A DNA stretch of 64,000 bases from a candidate division WOR-3 bacterium (GTDB taxonomy: Bacteria; Hydrothermota; 32-111), in assembly GCA_037481815.1 (NCBI GenBank), contig JBBFKX010000001.1:224001-288000 (forward strand). The letters run 5' to 3'. The translations under genes and the position numbers were made by a program. Positions 1 to 9,953 of the stretch are shown here, one piece after another; positions within the stretch are counted from its first letter, which is position 1; each line of letters opens with the position of its first letter. The notes under the pieces are model-generated. The model was not told the origin of the DNA. It saw nothing but the letters and a program-made list of their open reading frames with translations, and made no database searches.

Positions 1-620
1 ACAGATTTAAAGATGGAGGAATATTTACACCTAAGATTTTACTTTTTGATGACCCTGAAACGGTTAACTCAACGGGTCTTGTTGTAAATAGAACTGGTTA
101 TGCATACGATAGAGATTTTGGGAAAAATTTAAAAGATTTAAAACGAGAAAGTGGTGAAGTCACAGGTGGATCTGGTGGAGCAATGTTTTTGAGAACCGAA
201 ATAATAAAAAAGATAGGTTATTTTGAAAAATTTTACTCAGCATACTATGAGGATCTCGATTTTTCTTTTAAATTAAGAAGGTTTACAGATTTCAAAATTT
301 TTTATAACGAATATTCTGTATGCTATCATAAATTTTCTTGTTCATGGAAAAATACAAAAATAAAAAATTATTTTATGAATCGAAACCGTCTCTTTTTTTT
401 AGTCATTCATTTTCCATTAAGTTTAATATTTAAATCTCTAAAATTTTTGATATTTAATCAAGCAAATTCAAGTAAAGAATTAAATTATTATATGTATTTT
501 GATATTTTATTTCATTTACCATTTTTAATTTTAAAAAGGTTAAGTTATTACCATAAAGATAAAACCAAAAACATAGCCGTTTATCTGGAAAAATATTCGG
601 GTTTCCCAACGATTGATTAG
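1..620 (+). CDS. Glycosyltransferase family 2, 5'-truncated by window edge
   Basis: Frame is open from base 3 (RFKDGGIFTPKILL...GGSGGAMFLR) and contains GYFEKFYSAYYEDLDF, a GT2 C-terminal motif. Confidence 0.85.
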   Translation, partial: RFKDGGIFTPKILLFDDPETVNSTGLVVNRTGYAYDRDFGKNLKDLKRESGEVTGGSGGAMFLRTEIIKKIGYFEKFYSAYYEDLDFSFKLRRFTDFKIFYNEYSVCYHKFSCSWKNTKIKNYFMNRNRLFFLVIHFPLSLIFKSLKFLIFNQANSSKELNYYMYFDILFHLPFLILKRLSYYHKDKTKNIAVYLEKYSGFPTID

Positions 621-741
621 TGCAAATTTTACCTTTATTTTATAAAATTAAAATAAATAATGCAAAATTTTCCATCTTTTCTTTTCACCAAATATAACTA
701 TATTATAAATATGAAAATATATAGTCTATTGTACAGAATGA

Positions 742-757
742 TGGAACGAAAATTGTT
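742..757 (+). promoter_or_regulatory. Putative sigma54-type -24/-12 element upstream of S8 protease
   Basis: TGGAACG-AAAA-TTGTT versus consensus TGGCACG-N4-TTGCW; -12 dinucleotide is GT rather than GC. Confidence 0.35.
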
Positions 758-800
758 TATAATTTATAAAAAAAAGGAGAAAAATGAAAAAGGAGGATAA

Positions 801-3800
801 ATGTTAAAAAGAAAACTATCCATGCTCCTTTTAATCTTATTTGTTTTTACCATTTTTTATGCAGAGAGTATGATAAGATTAAAAGTAGCAAAATTTTCAA
901 CTGATTTCGAACCACCTTCATTTGCAAACCTTGGACTTGAAAGAACTCAAGTTAAAGGTGATTATGATTATTATGTTGTTCAGTTCAACGACCTTGTGAG
1001 ACAGAGTTACAAAGATGAGATCAAAAAGTTGGGTGGAGAAATATTTGACTACATTCCAGATAACGCTTTCATCGTCAAACTTTCAAACAAAAGTTTTGAG
1101 CAGATAAAAGGTAAAAAGTTTGTGAAATTCATTCAGATATGGCAGCCAGCATACAGAATAGCACCCAATCTCATAAGTGATAAGCAGGAGCCTTTAAAAG
1201 GCGATTTACCAGGAAAAGTTAACCTTTTGGTTGGACTTTTTGCTGGTGAAGATGTTGAACTTTTCCATTCAAAACTGAAAAATCTTTCAGATATTACAAT
1301 TCTTGCCGGTCCAAATCCAGTGAGGATTTCAGTTCCAGCTGAAAAAGCAAACGATATAGCAAAATATCTTGCAAATCAGGTTGAAGTGTACTGGGTTGAA
1401 AGGGATTATCCTGTTGAACTCCATAATGCATGGTCAAGATGGATACTGCAAACATTTGATACATTGAACATGAAAGCAGCAGCTGATTCATGGAAATCAC
1501 AACTTACGATCTCAACAGCAGCTGATTCTGTTCGTCTACCATTTTATGCTAAAGGAATCTATGGTCAGAACCAGATAGTTGGAGTTGATGATACCGGTTG
1601 TGATTGGGATAACATTTATTTTAGAGATCCATCAGGAACAAAACCTGTCTATGATAAAGATAAAGATAGAGTTTGTGAAACAACTGGAACACATAGAAAG
1701 ATAGTTGCATATAATGTTCATGCAGATACTTTTGATCTTAACTCATCAGGCCATGGTTCCCATACTTGTGGTTCAGTTGCTGCTGATTCGATGAACTCAG
1801 GTCTTCCATCTGTTACCGCTTATGCAAGAGTCATGGGAATGGCCCCACTTGCAAAACTAGCATTCACTGATATTGGAAACTCGAGTGATGGTTTGGTTCT
1901 TCCAACTAACTATCAGGATATATATCAATGGGCTTACAACGCTGGTGCAAGAATTCATACATCTTCATGGGGGCAGTCATATGGTGGTTATAGTTCTTAC
2001 ACTTTAAATGCTCAGCAAATAGATTCATGTGCATGGGATAAAAAAGATTTTCTGATGTTTAGATCAGCAGGGAACTCAAACCTTGACAGGGATTCTGTTA
2101 ACACTCCGGCAACAGCGAAAAATATTGTTTGTGTTGGAGCATCAGAATCTGGTTTTGGTTCAGGGGCGACAACATGGGCTGTGAATGGAACTTCAACAAG
2201 AAATGAACTTCTTGATGTTGCAGAGTTCTCTTCACACGGACCAACAAAAGAAGGAATGATGAGACCTGATCTTGTCGGAACTGGTGGATGGTATATCTGG
2301 TCAGTTGATTCAGATGGGAATTTAGCATCCAATAATACTGGAATCACCTATATGGGTGGAACATCGATGTCAACTCCAACGGTTGCTGGTTTTGGTGCTC
2401 TTGTGAGACAATATTTTACAGAAGGTTGGTATCCATCAGGAACAAAAAATGCAGCGGATGCTTTTACACCTTCTGCTGCTTTGATCAAAGCTGTACTTAT
2501 AAATTCGACAAGGAACTCTCCTGGTGCATATTCAATAAGTACAATAAATAACTCTGGAACCCAAAATGCTCCTTCACAGGGACAGGGTTGGGGTAGAATA
2601 GTAACAGATGATGCTATATATTTTGCTGGTGATGTCAGAGATTTGAAGGTCTGGGATGTTACATCAGGATTTACAGCAGCAGGACAATATCATGAATATA
2701 CAATAAATACAGGTCCTTCAACAACCGAATATATAAAAATAGTTTTGTGCTGGACTGATTATCCAGCAGCAGTTGGTGCGGATCCTCTTGTAGTTAACAA
2801 TCTTAATTTAACAGTTACTGCCGGTGGAAACACGTATCTTGGAAATGTTTTTGGAACGAATGCAAGATCAACAACAGGAGGTTCTGCTGATGTTGAAAAT
2901 GTTACTGAGGTTGTCTGGCTTGATCCAATACCAAATTCAACGATAACGATTAGAGTTACCGCAGCTAATGTTCCAAATGGACCACAGCCATACGCTCTTG
3001 TTGCAACAGGTGATTTTGTTACAACAGCACCTGCTGGAAAGATTCTTTATAAAAAATCTGTGATTCTTGATTCACCGACAGCGGTTCTTGTTGATGGAAA
3101 GTTGAACAACGGTGAAACAACAGATATGAATATCTGGGTTGTTAACAATACGGGTGCTTCTCAGTCAAATATCACAGCAAAACTTAGAGAAGGTTCACCT
3201 TATATAACAAATCTTGATTCAACTGGAACCTATGGAACACTTGCAAATGGTGACTCAACTTATTCAGTATACAGATTCCAGGTTGCAAATAATACTCCTG
3301 ATGGAACGAGTATACCATGTACACTATTTGTGTCTTATGGAACGAAAGTTGATACTTCAGCGTTCACTTTAACTGTTACAGGAGTAAGGATTGCATCACT
3401 TTCAACATCACAACTCGTTTTTGATTTCTCAACAAAAAAATCAACAACTGAAGTGCTTTCTGTGAATAATCAAACAACAAAGAATATATATCTGGGAGAT
3501 TATTATAAAGATATAAAATTAGTCAATCTATCAGAAAATGTGATAAATACAAAAGGCATCTGGGATACATTGAAATGGGATGATGCAGAAACAGAAGGTG
3601 CAGCTGGATGGTATGGTGTGAGTTATTTTGCAAATAAATTTTCAGTCGCACAGGGCTGTTCTTTAAGAGCTATATGGTGGGGTAGAATGATAGAAAGTGG
3701 CCTTGCAAGAACAGATACACTTTATGTATGGACAGACAATGCTGGAGTTCCAGGGACACTGCTTGGAAAATATGTTGCTTCTGGCCTTACAACCGGTGGG

Positions 3801-4838
3801 GCAGCACAATTATTTAGAGCAACCGTTCCAACAGCAGTTTATCTTACTGGCAACTTCTGGGTTGGTGTTTATGCTGTAACAAACGCATCAACAACACCAC
3901 CAAACAGAAGATCATATATGCTTTCAGACACAATAGGTGGAACATATTCCTACTATGCTTCAGCAATCACAGGTCCTTGGACAAATATGTCACCCGATGG
4001 AGATCTTATCATAAGAGCAGAAATCGAATATCCAACAACACCCGCAGGGTCAGGAACGTTCTATGTAAAGAATACTGATTCAGGTTCAGTTTTGCCATTT
4101 GATGTTACAGGAATAACAAAAGCAAGAAATTCTTCGTGGATTGTTTCAATAACCCCTACAACAGGAACAGTGAATGTTGGAGATTCTTTGGGTGTTACAG
4201 TTCTTGTTGATACAGCCGGTCTTTCTTATGGAACAACATACTATGATACTCTTTTGATTGCAACTTCAGCGGATCTATCAAAAGCTGTAACGGTCAGGTT
4301 ACCAGTAACATTGATTATGCCATCCAATACAGGTATAATGTCAACCTCTTTGGTGGCAACAGTTTCTGGAAAAGATGTTGTATTAAAATGGAATTCTAAC
4401 AATGAAACTGCAAAAACTTGGATAATTGAAAGAGACAATGTTATAGTTGGTACAGTACTTGGAAAAGATAACATGACTTTTGTTGATGAAAATGTGTCAA
4501 CCGGAACACATACTTATAGGGTTGGGTTCAAAGTGAATGATCAGATCGTTTATTCAGATGCAACAACTGTTCTGGTGAGCAAAATTTCAACAAGTTTATC
4601 TGTAAGAAAAATGGTTGACAATGAGAATGTTTCCATAAGATTTTCAAATGGTGAAACTCAAAAGGTTACAATTGAAATCTTCGATCTAATGGGAAGAAAA
4701 GTTTCTACTTTATTTAATGGAATCTTAAATGAAGGTGTTTACAACTATAAAGTTGATAGCCTTTCAAAAGGTGTATATTTTGTGAAAGTTGTTGCTGGCA
4801 ACGAAAATCTTAAAGAAAGATTTGTAATTATAAAATAA
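801..4838 (+). CDS. Secreted S8 subtilisin-like serine peptidase (KP-43-like) with T9SS-like C-terminal domain
   Basis: Signal peptide; triad motifs DDTG, HGSHTCG, GTSMSTP; QGWGRI; C-terminal IFDLMGRKV..SKGVYFVKV; SD aggagg. Confidence 0.92.
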   Translation: MLKRKLSMLLLILFVFTIFYAESMIRLKVAKFSTDFEPPSFANLGLERTQVKGDYDYYVVQFNDLVRQSYKDEIKKLGGEIFDYIPDNAFIVKLSNKSFEQIKGKKFVKFIQIWQPAYRIAPNLISDKQEPLKGDLPGKVNLLVGLFAGEDVELFHSKLKNLSDITILAGPNPVRISVPAEKANDIAKYLANQVEVYWVERDYPVELHNAWSRWILQTFDTLNMKAAADSWKSQLTISTAADSVRLPFYAKGIYGQNQIVGVDDTGCDWDNIYFRDPSGTKPVYDKDKDRVCETTGTHRKIVAYNVHADTFDLNSSGHGSHTCGSVAADSMNSGLPSVTAYARVMGMAPLAKLAFTDIGNSSDGLVLPTNYQDIYQWAYNAGARIHTSSWGQSYGGYSSYTLNAQQIDSCAWDKKDFLMFRSAGNSNLDRDSVNTPATAKNIVCVGASESGFGSGATTWAVNGTSTRNELLDVAEFSSHGPTKEGMMRPDLVGTGGWYIWSVDSDGNLASNNTGITYMGGTSMSTPTVAGFGALVRQYFTEGWYPSGTKNAADAFTPSAALIKAVLINSTRNSPGAYSISTINNSGTQNAPSQGQGWGRIVTDDAIYFAGDVRDLKVWDVTSGFTAAGQYHEYTINTGPSTTEYIKIVLCWTDYPAAVGADPLVVNNLNLTVTAGGNTYLGNVFGTNARSTTGGSADVENVTEVVWLDPIPNSTITIRVTAANVPNGPQPYALVATGDFVTTAPAGKILYKKSVILDSPTAVLVDGKLNNGETTDMNIWVVNNTGASQSNITAKLREGSPYITNLDSTGTYGTLANGDSTYSVYRFQVANNTPDGTSIPCTLFVSYGTKVDTSAFTLTVTGVRIASLSTSQLVFDFSTKKSTTEVLSVNNQTTKNIYLGDYYKDIKLVNLSENVINTKGIWDTLKWDDAETEGAAGWYGVSYFANKFSVAQGCSLRAIWWGRMIESGLARTDTLYVWTDNAGVPGTLLGKYVASGLTTGGAAQLFRATVPTAVYLTGNFWVGVYAVTNASTTPPNRRSYMLSDTIGGTYSYYASAITGPWTNMSPDGDLIIRAEIEYPTTPAGSGTFYVKNTDSGSVLPFDVTGITKARNSSWIVSITPTTGTVNVGDSLGVTVLVDTAGLSYGTTYYDTLLIATSADLSKAVTVRLPVTLIMPSNTGIMSTSLVATVSGKDVVLKWNSNNETAKTWIIERDNVIVGTVLGKDNMTFVDENVSTGTHTYRVGFKVNDQIVYSDATTVLVSKISTSLSVRKMVDNENVSIRFSNGETQKVTIEIFDLMGRKVSTLFNGILNEGVYNYKVDSLSKGVYFVKVVAGNENLKERFVIIK

Positions 4839-4848
4839 TTTTTTAAAA

Positions 4849-4871
4849 GCACCGGGGGCACACCCCGGTGC
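4849..4871 (+). terminator. GC-rich stem-loop after S8 gene (terminator or 3' stabiliser; no U-tract on +)
   Basis: gcaccgggg-gcaca-ccccggtgc, followed by A6. Confidence 0.6.
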
Positions 4872-4978
4872 AAAAAATTCAGATTCAAATATCAAAAAAA
4901 GCAATTTTTTCACTTTATCTAAAATATATTATTACCTTATTATTTAACTAAAGAAAAATATAAACTTATTTAATAAAA

Positions 4979-4994
4979 AGGTATAATTTATGCA
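4979..4994 (+). promoter_or_regulatory. Putative sigma54-type -24/-12 element upstream of C25 protease
   Basis: AGGTATAATTTATGCA has GG-N10-GC spacing. Confidence 0.4.
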
Positions 4995-5020
4995 ATAATT
5001 TTTATAAAAAAGGAGGTTTT

Positions 5021-7660
5021 TTGAAAAAATTTGTTTTTCTATTTTTAACTTTTCTGTTAACAATATCACTCAGCGCGAGTATGACTATTTACAATGTTGG
5101 TGAAAATAAAGTAAATCTCTATAAAGCGACAGATATTTTCAAATCATCGCTTGAATTTGAACTTGACAAATTTTATGTTGAGAAAGATGGAGAATATGAT
5201 TTAGTTAAAATTGATGGGTTTGACCAGTTCAGTTTTCAGGAAGGTTATCCCTCTTTACCTTTCATTATAAAAAATATTGCTCTACCTGATGAAGGGGATC
5301 TGGATTATAAAATTGAAATAATCGAAGAAATTGAGGTTTTAGGAAATTTTAATATAAAGCCATTACAGCCACCAGTTTTTGATGCTCCGGGTTTTAAACC
5401 GGAATTTTTAAAGGATGAATATTTTTATAGTTTAAATCAATTTTACCCTTCAAGCAATATAACAATTCTTGAACCAGCGGGAATAAGAGATGTAAGATTT
5501 TCAAAAGTATATTTTACACCTTTCAAATATAATCCAGTTACAAAAAAGTTAAAGTTGATAAAAAAAGCAAGAGTTACATTTTTTGTTAATACCTCTAAAT
5601 CAACTAATCCAATAACAAATTCTCCATTTCTTACTGAAGAGTTTGTTCCTTTGTACCAAGAATTTTTAAGTAACTTTGATGCAGTTTTGAAATTCAAAAA
5701 AATTGAAACACTTGAAGAAAGAAGCAGAAGAATTCAGGAAATTAAAAAATCTATTAAAGGAGATAATTTTTCAGCACCTGGTGATTATCTGATAGTTGTT
5801 GGTGGGACAACTTTGAGCACAAAAATAAAAACTTTTGCAACCTATAAAGCAAAATTAGGTTACAATCCTGTTATAATGCATCTTCCAAACTATTCTTCAT
5901 CAATTTTGATTAAAGATTCGATCCAGTATGCATATAACAATTGGTCTGTAAAACCAGTATACATTCTTATCGTTGGTGATGCTGATTCAACAAGAACACC
6001 ATCTGAAAGCTGGGTAGTTATGAGGCCGCTTTGGAAAGATTTTCGATCTGTTTATAATTATGGAATAAAAGCAGGATATGTTCCTGGAGACCATTGGTAT
6101 GCATGTTTGAATGATACAAGTTATTATCCTGATGCTTATATTTCAAGATTCAATGTCAAAGACACAATCACTTTAAACAACATAGTGAACAAAACTATAA
6201 AATATGAAACTAATCCACAACTCACTGGAAACACGGATTGGTTTACAACTTATGTTGCTGTTGCAGGGTATGAAACAGGAAGGATTTTTGATACAACCGC
6301 AACAAGAGTATGGAAAAATTATTTAAGACCGTATGGATGGACAGATTGGGATTCTTTGATCGAAACAGCAACATGGAGTCCGGGAAGAGCAGCAGTTTCA
6401 GATTCAATAAATGATGGACAGAACTTTATACTTTTCAGAGGACATGGTGCTGAGGGGTATGATGGTGATAGCGATGATGGTAAAGGTTTTGGTTGGATGG
6501 GTGGTGCTAACCAGAATTACAAAGATCTTTATACAAACGAAGATATCGCGATAAGGGCAAACGGTTATATGGGTGGATTTGTTTTTGCTCCAACTTGCCT
6601 GGCCGGTAACTATGCTTATCCAAACGATACCAACTCGATGGGTGATTACTGGACACATCTTTCTGCAACAAATGGTGGAGTTGGATATTTTGGAGCAACA
6701 AATGTTTCATTATCTTATTACAATGATTCGATGTCTCTTGGAGTTGGTAGAGCATTTGCAAATTATAACAATGTGATGCCTGATAGAACTTTTGGGAAAG
6801 TTACCAATTATGCAAAACTTTATATGGAGTCGTATGCAGGAACTGTTACATACTTTAGATTGGAAAACTATCTGATGAATACTCTTGGTGATCCTGCTGT
6901 AAAGATTTGGACAAAGATTCCAAAAAATTTAATCGTTTCACATGATCCTTCTGTTCAAACAAGAACGGATACCATAACAGTTACTGTAACTGATAATACA
7001 AAGGCAGCAGTTCCTGGAGCGACTGTTTGTCTATACGATACTCTTGAAACTCCAGCACTTCAGGTCGTTTCAACAACCGATGCAACAGGAAAAGCAACAA
7101 TAATAACAACCTATACAAAAACTGGCAGTGCATTCCTGACAGTTTCAAAACAGGACTATATTCCATATATGGGAACAGTTGCTGTAAATCAGGCAACAGA
7201 ACTTGCTGAAATTTCATTTACTGGAAAAGTTATAAATGGGAAAGTGATATTGAACTGGAATGTTTCAAATCCACTATCAGTGGATAAGTATAAAATTTAT
7301 AAAAACAACAAAGAGATAGCAACTCTTGAAAATACGAAAAAAGAATTCAAAGATGTTTTACTTTCAAATGAAACTAAAAAAATAGAGTATAAACTAGAAG
7401 TATTCTATCTCTCAGGAAAGAAAACCGAGTATAAGTTGCCATTGGTTGTTGATGCAAAAAAATCGGTTCAGTTTATTGAAAACAAACTGTATTTATCTAA
7501 TATTGAAAATCTAGTGATATACAATGTTTCAGGTCAAAGAGTAAAGGAATATTCAATAAACAGAACTTCAGCGCTCTTGGATATATCATTTCTTTCTTCT
7601 GGATTCTATATCATTAAAGCGGATAATCTTGAAAGCAAAAAAATCTTGATAGTTAAATAA
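5021..7660 (+). CDS. C25 family (gingipain-like) cysteine peptidase with propeptide and T9SS-like C-terminal domain
   Basis: Signal peptide; propeptide (GYPSLP, PFKYNP); YILIVGDA, FRGHG (His), PTCLAG (Cys), LGDPA; C-terminal IYNVSGQRV..SSGFYII; TTG start with SD aggagg. Confidence 0.9.
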   Translation: MKKFVFLFLTFLLTISLSASMTIYNVGENKVNLYKATDIFKSSLEFELDKFYVEKDGEYDLVKIDGFDQFSFQEGYPSLPFIIKNIALPDEGDLDYKIEIIEEIEVLGNFNIKPLQPPVFDAPGFKPEFLKDEYFYSLNQFYPSSNITILEPAGIRDVRFSKVYFTPFKYNPVTKKLKLIKKARVTFFVNTSKSTNPITNSPFLTEEFVPLYQEFLSNFDAVLKFKKIETLEERSRRIQEIKKSIKGDNFSAPGDYLIVVGGTTLSTKIKTFATYKAKLGYNPVIMHLPNYSSSILIKDSIQYAYNNWSVKPVYILIVGDADSTRTPSESWVVMRPLWKDFRSVYNYGIKAGYVPGDHWYACLNDTSYYPDAYISRFNVKDTITLNNIVNKTIKYETNPQLTGNTDWFTTYVAVAGYETGRIFDTTATRVWKNYLRPYGWTDWDSLIETATWSPGRAAVSDSINDGQNFILFRGHGAEGYDGDSDDGKGFGWMGGANQNYKDLYTNEDIAIRANGYMGGFVFAPTCLAGNYAYPNDTNSMGDYWTHLSATNGGVGYFGATNVSLSYYNDSMSLGVGRAFANYNNVMPDRTFGKVTNYAKLYMESYAGTVTYFRLENYLMNTLGDPAVKIWTKIPKNLIVSHDPSVQTRTDTITVTVTDNTKAAVPGATVCLYDTLETPALQVVSTTDATGKATIITTYTKTGSAFLTVSKQDYIPYMGTVAVNQATELAEISFTGKVINGKVILNWNVSNPLSVDKYKIYKNNKEIATLENTKKEFKDVLLSNETKKIEYKLEVFYLSGKKTEYKLPLVVDAKKSVQFIENKLYLSNIENLVIYNVSGQRVKEYSINRTSALLDISFLSSGFYIIKADNLESKKILIVK

Positions 7661-7671
7661 TCAAACAAATC

Positions 7672-7699
7672 TTCAGGGTGGGATAACTCCCACCTTGAA
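7672..7699 (+). terminator. Stem-loop after C25 gene
   Basis: ttcagggtggga-taac-tcccaccttgaa; no U-tract. Confidence 0.6.
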
Positions 7700-7722
7700 A
7701 TCCCTGAAAAGTTTTATATAAT
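7695..7722 (+). promoter_or_regulatory. sigma70-type promoter
   Basis: TTGAAA-N16-TATAAT. Confidence 0.6.
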
Positions 7723-7732
7723 TTTTTTGAAT

Positions 7733-9337
7733 ATGAGATTTATTTTCGTATGCGTCCTTTTTTTCTATTTTCATTTCTTGAATTCAAAAGTTGTTTTCAA
7801 TGAGGTCATGTTCAATGTAAAAGGAAATGAATCTGGTATAGGTTCACCAGGTGATAGAAATGAATTCATTGAACTTTATAACGATTCATCAGAGAGTGTC
7901 AACATACTGAATTATTATTTTTATGATGGTTCTTCAAAAGATTACATAACACTTTATCCTGAAACTTTAAAATATCCAGGTGGTATTGTAGGAGAATCTT
8001 TGGTTCCACCTTGTTCATATATTGTTGTTCTTGATCCAGAGTATACACAGATAGGGGATAGTGTTAATTATATGATTTACAACATACCCGATTCTGCTTA
8101 TGTTTTCACAATTTCAAATACAACATTTGGGACATCTGGTCTCTCATCCTCAACTTCTCTTTATCTTTATAATAAAAATGATAGTTTACAAGATACTTAT
8201 GGAACACCATCTTTAGAGGACTCTTTCCCTTACCAGACAAAAGATGGTTATTCTTTCGAAAAAAAGAATCCTGTTTTCCCTGATGGAAAAATCTATTATT
8301 CTGAATCGGTTGATTCAACGGGAAATACAATAGGAAGAAAAAATTCTATTTTTATATCAGGAGCGATTATCGATTCTTTTAAACTTGTTGAAGAGAGTTC
8401 AAAAAAGTTTTTTTTAGTTTACTTTTCTGGAGATTTTGAAAACGATGAGTTTATAGTAGAATATGAAAATTTTATCGATAGTTTTGAGATAGATGAGAAT
8501 TATCAAAAGATAGAACTTTCAGAAAATGAAAGGGTGTTCAATTTTTATACTCTTGGAGAAAAACAAAAAAGAACCTATATATATGATCAAGAAGTCAACC
8601 CCGGTTCAATCAGTTTGAACGAGTTTATGGTAAAAGGTTTTGAATGGCTTGAGATTTATAACCCGTATAAAATCGACTTCAATTTTGAAAATTTAACATT
8701 GTCAACATTGAACGATTCTGTTGTACTAAAAAACGGAGTAATTCCAAAAGATTCATACCTAGTGGTAACTTCAGATTCGATCACTTTAAAAACTTATTTT
8801 CCATATATAAAAATGAACATATTTCAGACAGAACTTTTTTCTTTACCTGATAGAGAGGATACATTTGTTTTAAGATATCTAAATTTTGCACTCGATTCTG
8901 TTATAAGAGGTTTTGAAAATAAAACTTCTTCGATTGAAAGAATCAACTATCTTGTTGAAGGATACAGGAAGGATAACTGGGACAACAGCATCAATTATTT
9001 GAACGCGACACCTTCATTCAAAAATTCGATCTCCTATTCATTGCCTTTAAACGAAGATTCGATTTCTATTTTTCCAGTAATAATTGACAAAAATAGTCCG
9101 GTACTTTTTATAAATTATAAAACGGATATGTACAAAGCGACTTTAAACATAAAAATTTTTGATCAGATGGGAAAAGAAATTTATTCACCTTATATAGATT
9201 GGATCAGTTCGTCACAGGAAAATCTTTATATCAAAAATTTGAACTCACTTTTAAAATCGGGTCTTTACATCTTATATTTTGAACTAAAAAATGAAAGCAA
9301 AATTGTAAGGAAAAATTTTCTGTTTTATGTAAGATAA
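7733..9337 (+). CDS. Secreted lamin-tail-domain protein with T9SS-like C-terminal domain
   Basis: Two LTD-like motifs (VVFNEVM..EFIELYN; ISLNEFM..WLEIYN), ATP/NS tail motif, IFDQMGKEI..KSGLYIL. Confidence 0.75.
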   Translation: MRFIFVCVLFFYFHFLNSKVVFNEVMFNVKGNESGIGSPGDRNEFIELYNDSSESVNILNYYFYDGSSKDYITLYPETLKYPGGIVGESLVPPCSYIVVLDPEYTQIGDSVNYMIYNIPDSAYVFTISNTTFGTSGLSSSTSLYLYNKNDSLQDTYGTPSLEDSFPYQTKDGYSFEKKNPVFPDGKIYYSESVDSTGNTIGRKNSIFISGAIIDSFKLVEESSKKFFLVYFSGDFENDEFIVEYENFIDSFEIDENYQKIELSENERVFNFYTLGEKQKRTYIYDQEVNPGSISLNEFMVKGFEWLEIYNPYKIDFNFENLTLSTLNDSVVLKNGVIPKDSYLVVTSDSITLKTYFPYIKMNIFQTELFSLPDREDTFVLRYLNFALDSVIRGFENKTSSIERINYLVEGYRKDNWDNSINYLNATPSFKNSISYSLPLNEDSISIFPVIIDKNSPVLFINYKTDMYKATLNIKIFDQMGKEIYSPYIDWISSSQENLYIKNLNSLLKSGLYILYFELKNESKIVRKNFLFYVR

Positions 9338-9381
9338 ATCTGTATTGACCTTTTTATCTTTATATATTATATTAGTTCCTT

Positions 9382-9858
9382 ATGAAAAAAGATGATAATT
9401 ATTTTATGGAAAAGGTTTTAAAAGAAGCACTGAAAGCAAAGAAAAGAGGGGAGATCCCGATCGGTGCAGTTATCGTTAAAAATGGAGAAATAATTTCAAA
9501 ATCTTATAACAGAGTTGAAACCAAAAAGAGTTCAATTATGCATGCTGAACTTGATGCGATAGTAAAAGCACAGAAAAAATTAAAAGATTGGCGCCTTGAA
9601 GGTTGCACAATCTATACAAATGTTGAACCGTGTTTGATGTGTGGTTTTGCGATCGTTCTTTCGAGAATCGATAGACTGGTTTTTGGTTGTAGAAACAAAA
9701 AGTTTGGGGGTATATATTCATTGATAAATCTTGAAAATCTTAAAACAAACCATAGATTAAAAGTAAAAGAGGGTGTTTTAAAAGAGGAATCGATAAAAAT
9801 TTTGAAAGAATTTTTTAAAGAACTCAGAGAAAAAGGAGAGGTGGTCGAGCTGGTTTAA
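9382..9858 (+). CDS. tadA: tRNA adenosine(34) deaminase
   Basis: EIPIGAVIV, HAE, EPCLMC zinc motifs, WRL. Confidence 0.9.
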   Translation: MKKDDNYFMEKVLKEALKAKKRGEIPIGAVIVKNGEIISKSYNRVETKKSSIMHAELDAIVKAQKKLKDWRLEGCTIYTNVEPCLMCGFAIVLSRIDRLVFGCRNKKFGGIYSLINLENLKTNHRLKVKEGVLKEESIKILKEFFKELREKGEVVELV

Positions 9859-9922
9859 GGCACCGCACTCGAAATGCGGAGTATCCGAAAGGGTACCCCG
9901 GGTTCGAATCCCGGCCTCTCCG
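9835..9922 (+). tRNA. tRNA-Ser(CGA)
   Basis: Acceptor GGAGAGG/CCTCTCC+G; anticodon arm CCGCA-CTCGAAA-TGCGG; long variable arm; TTCGAAT loop; no encoded CCA. Confidence 0.95.
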
Positions 9923-9953
9923 CATTTATTTTGAAATTAAAAAAGGAGTAAAT

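Noticed and set aside
774..807. 7-codon uORF (MKKEDKC) with its own AAGGAG overlapping the S8 start
   Set aside because: Could be a simple duplication of the RBS region; no evidence of function
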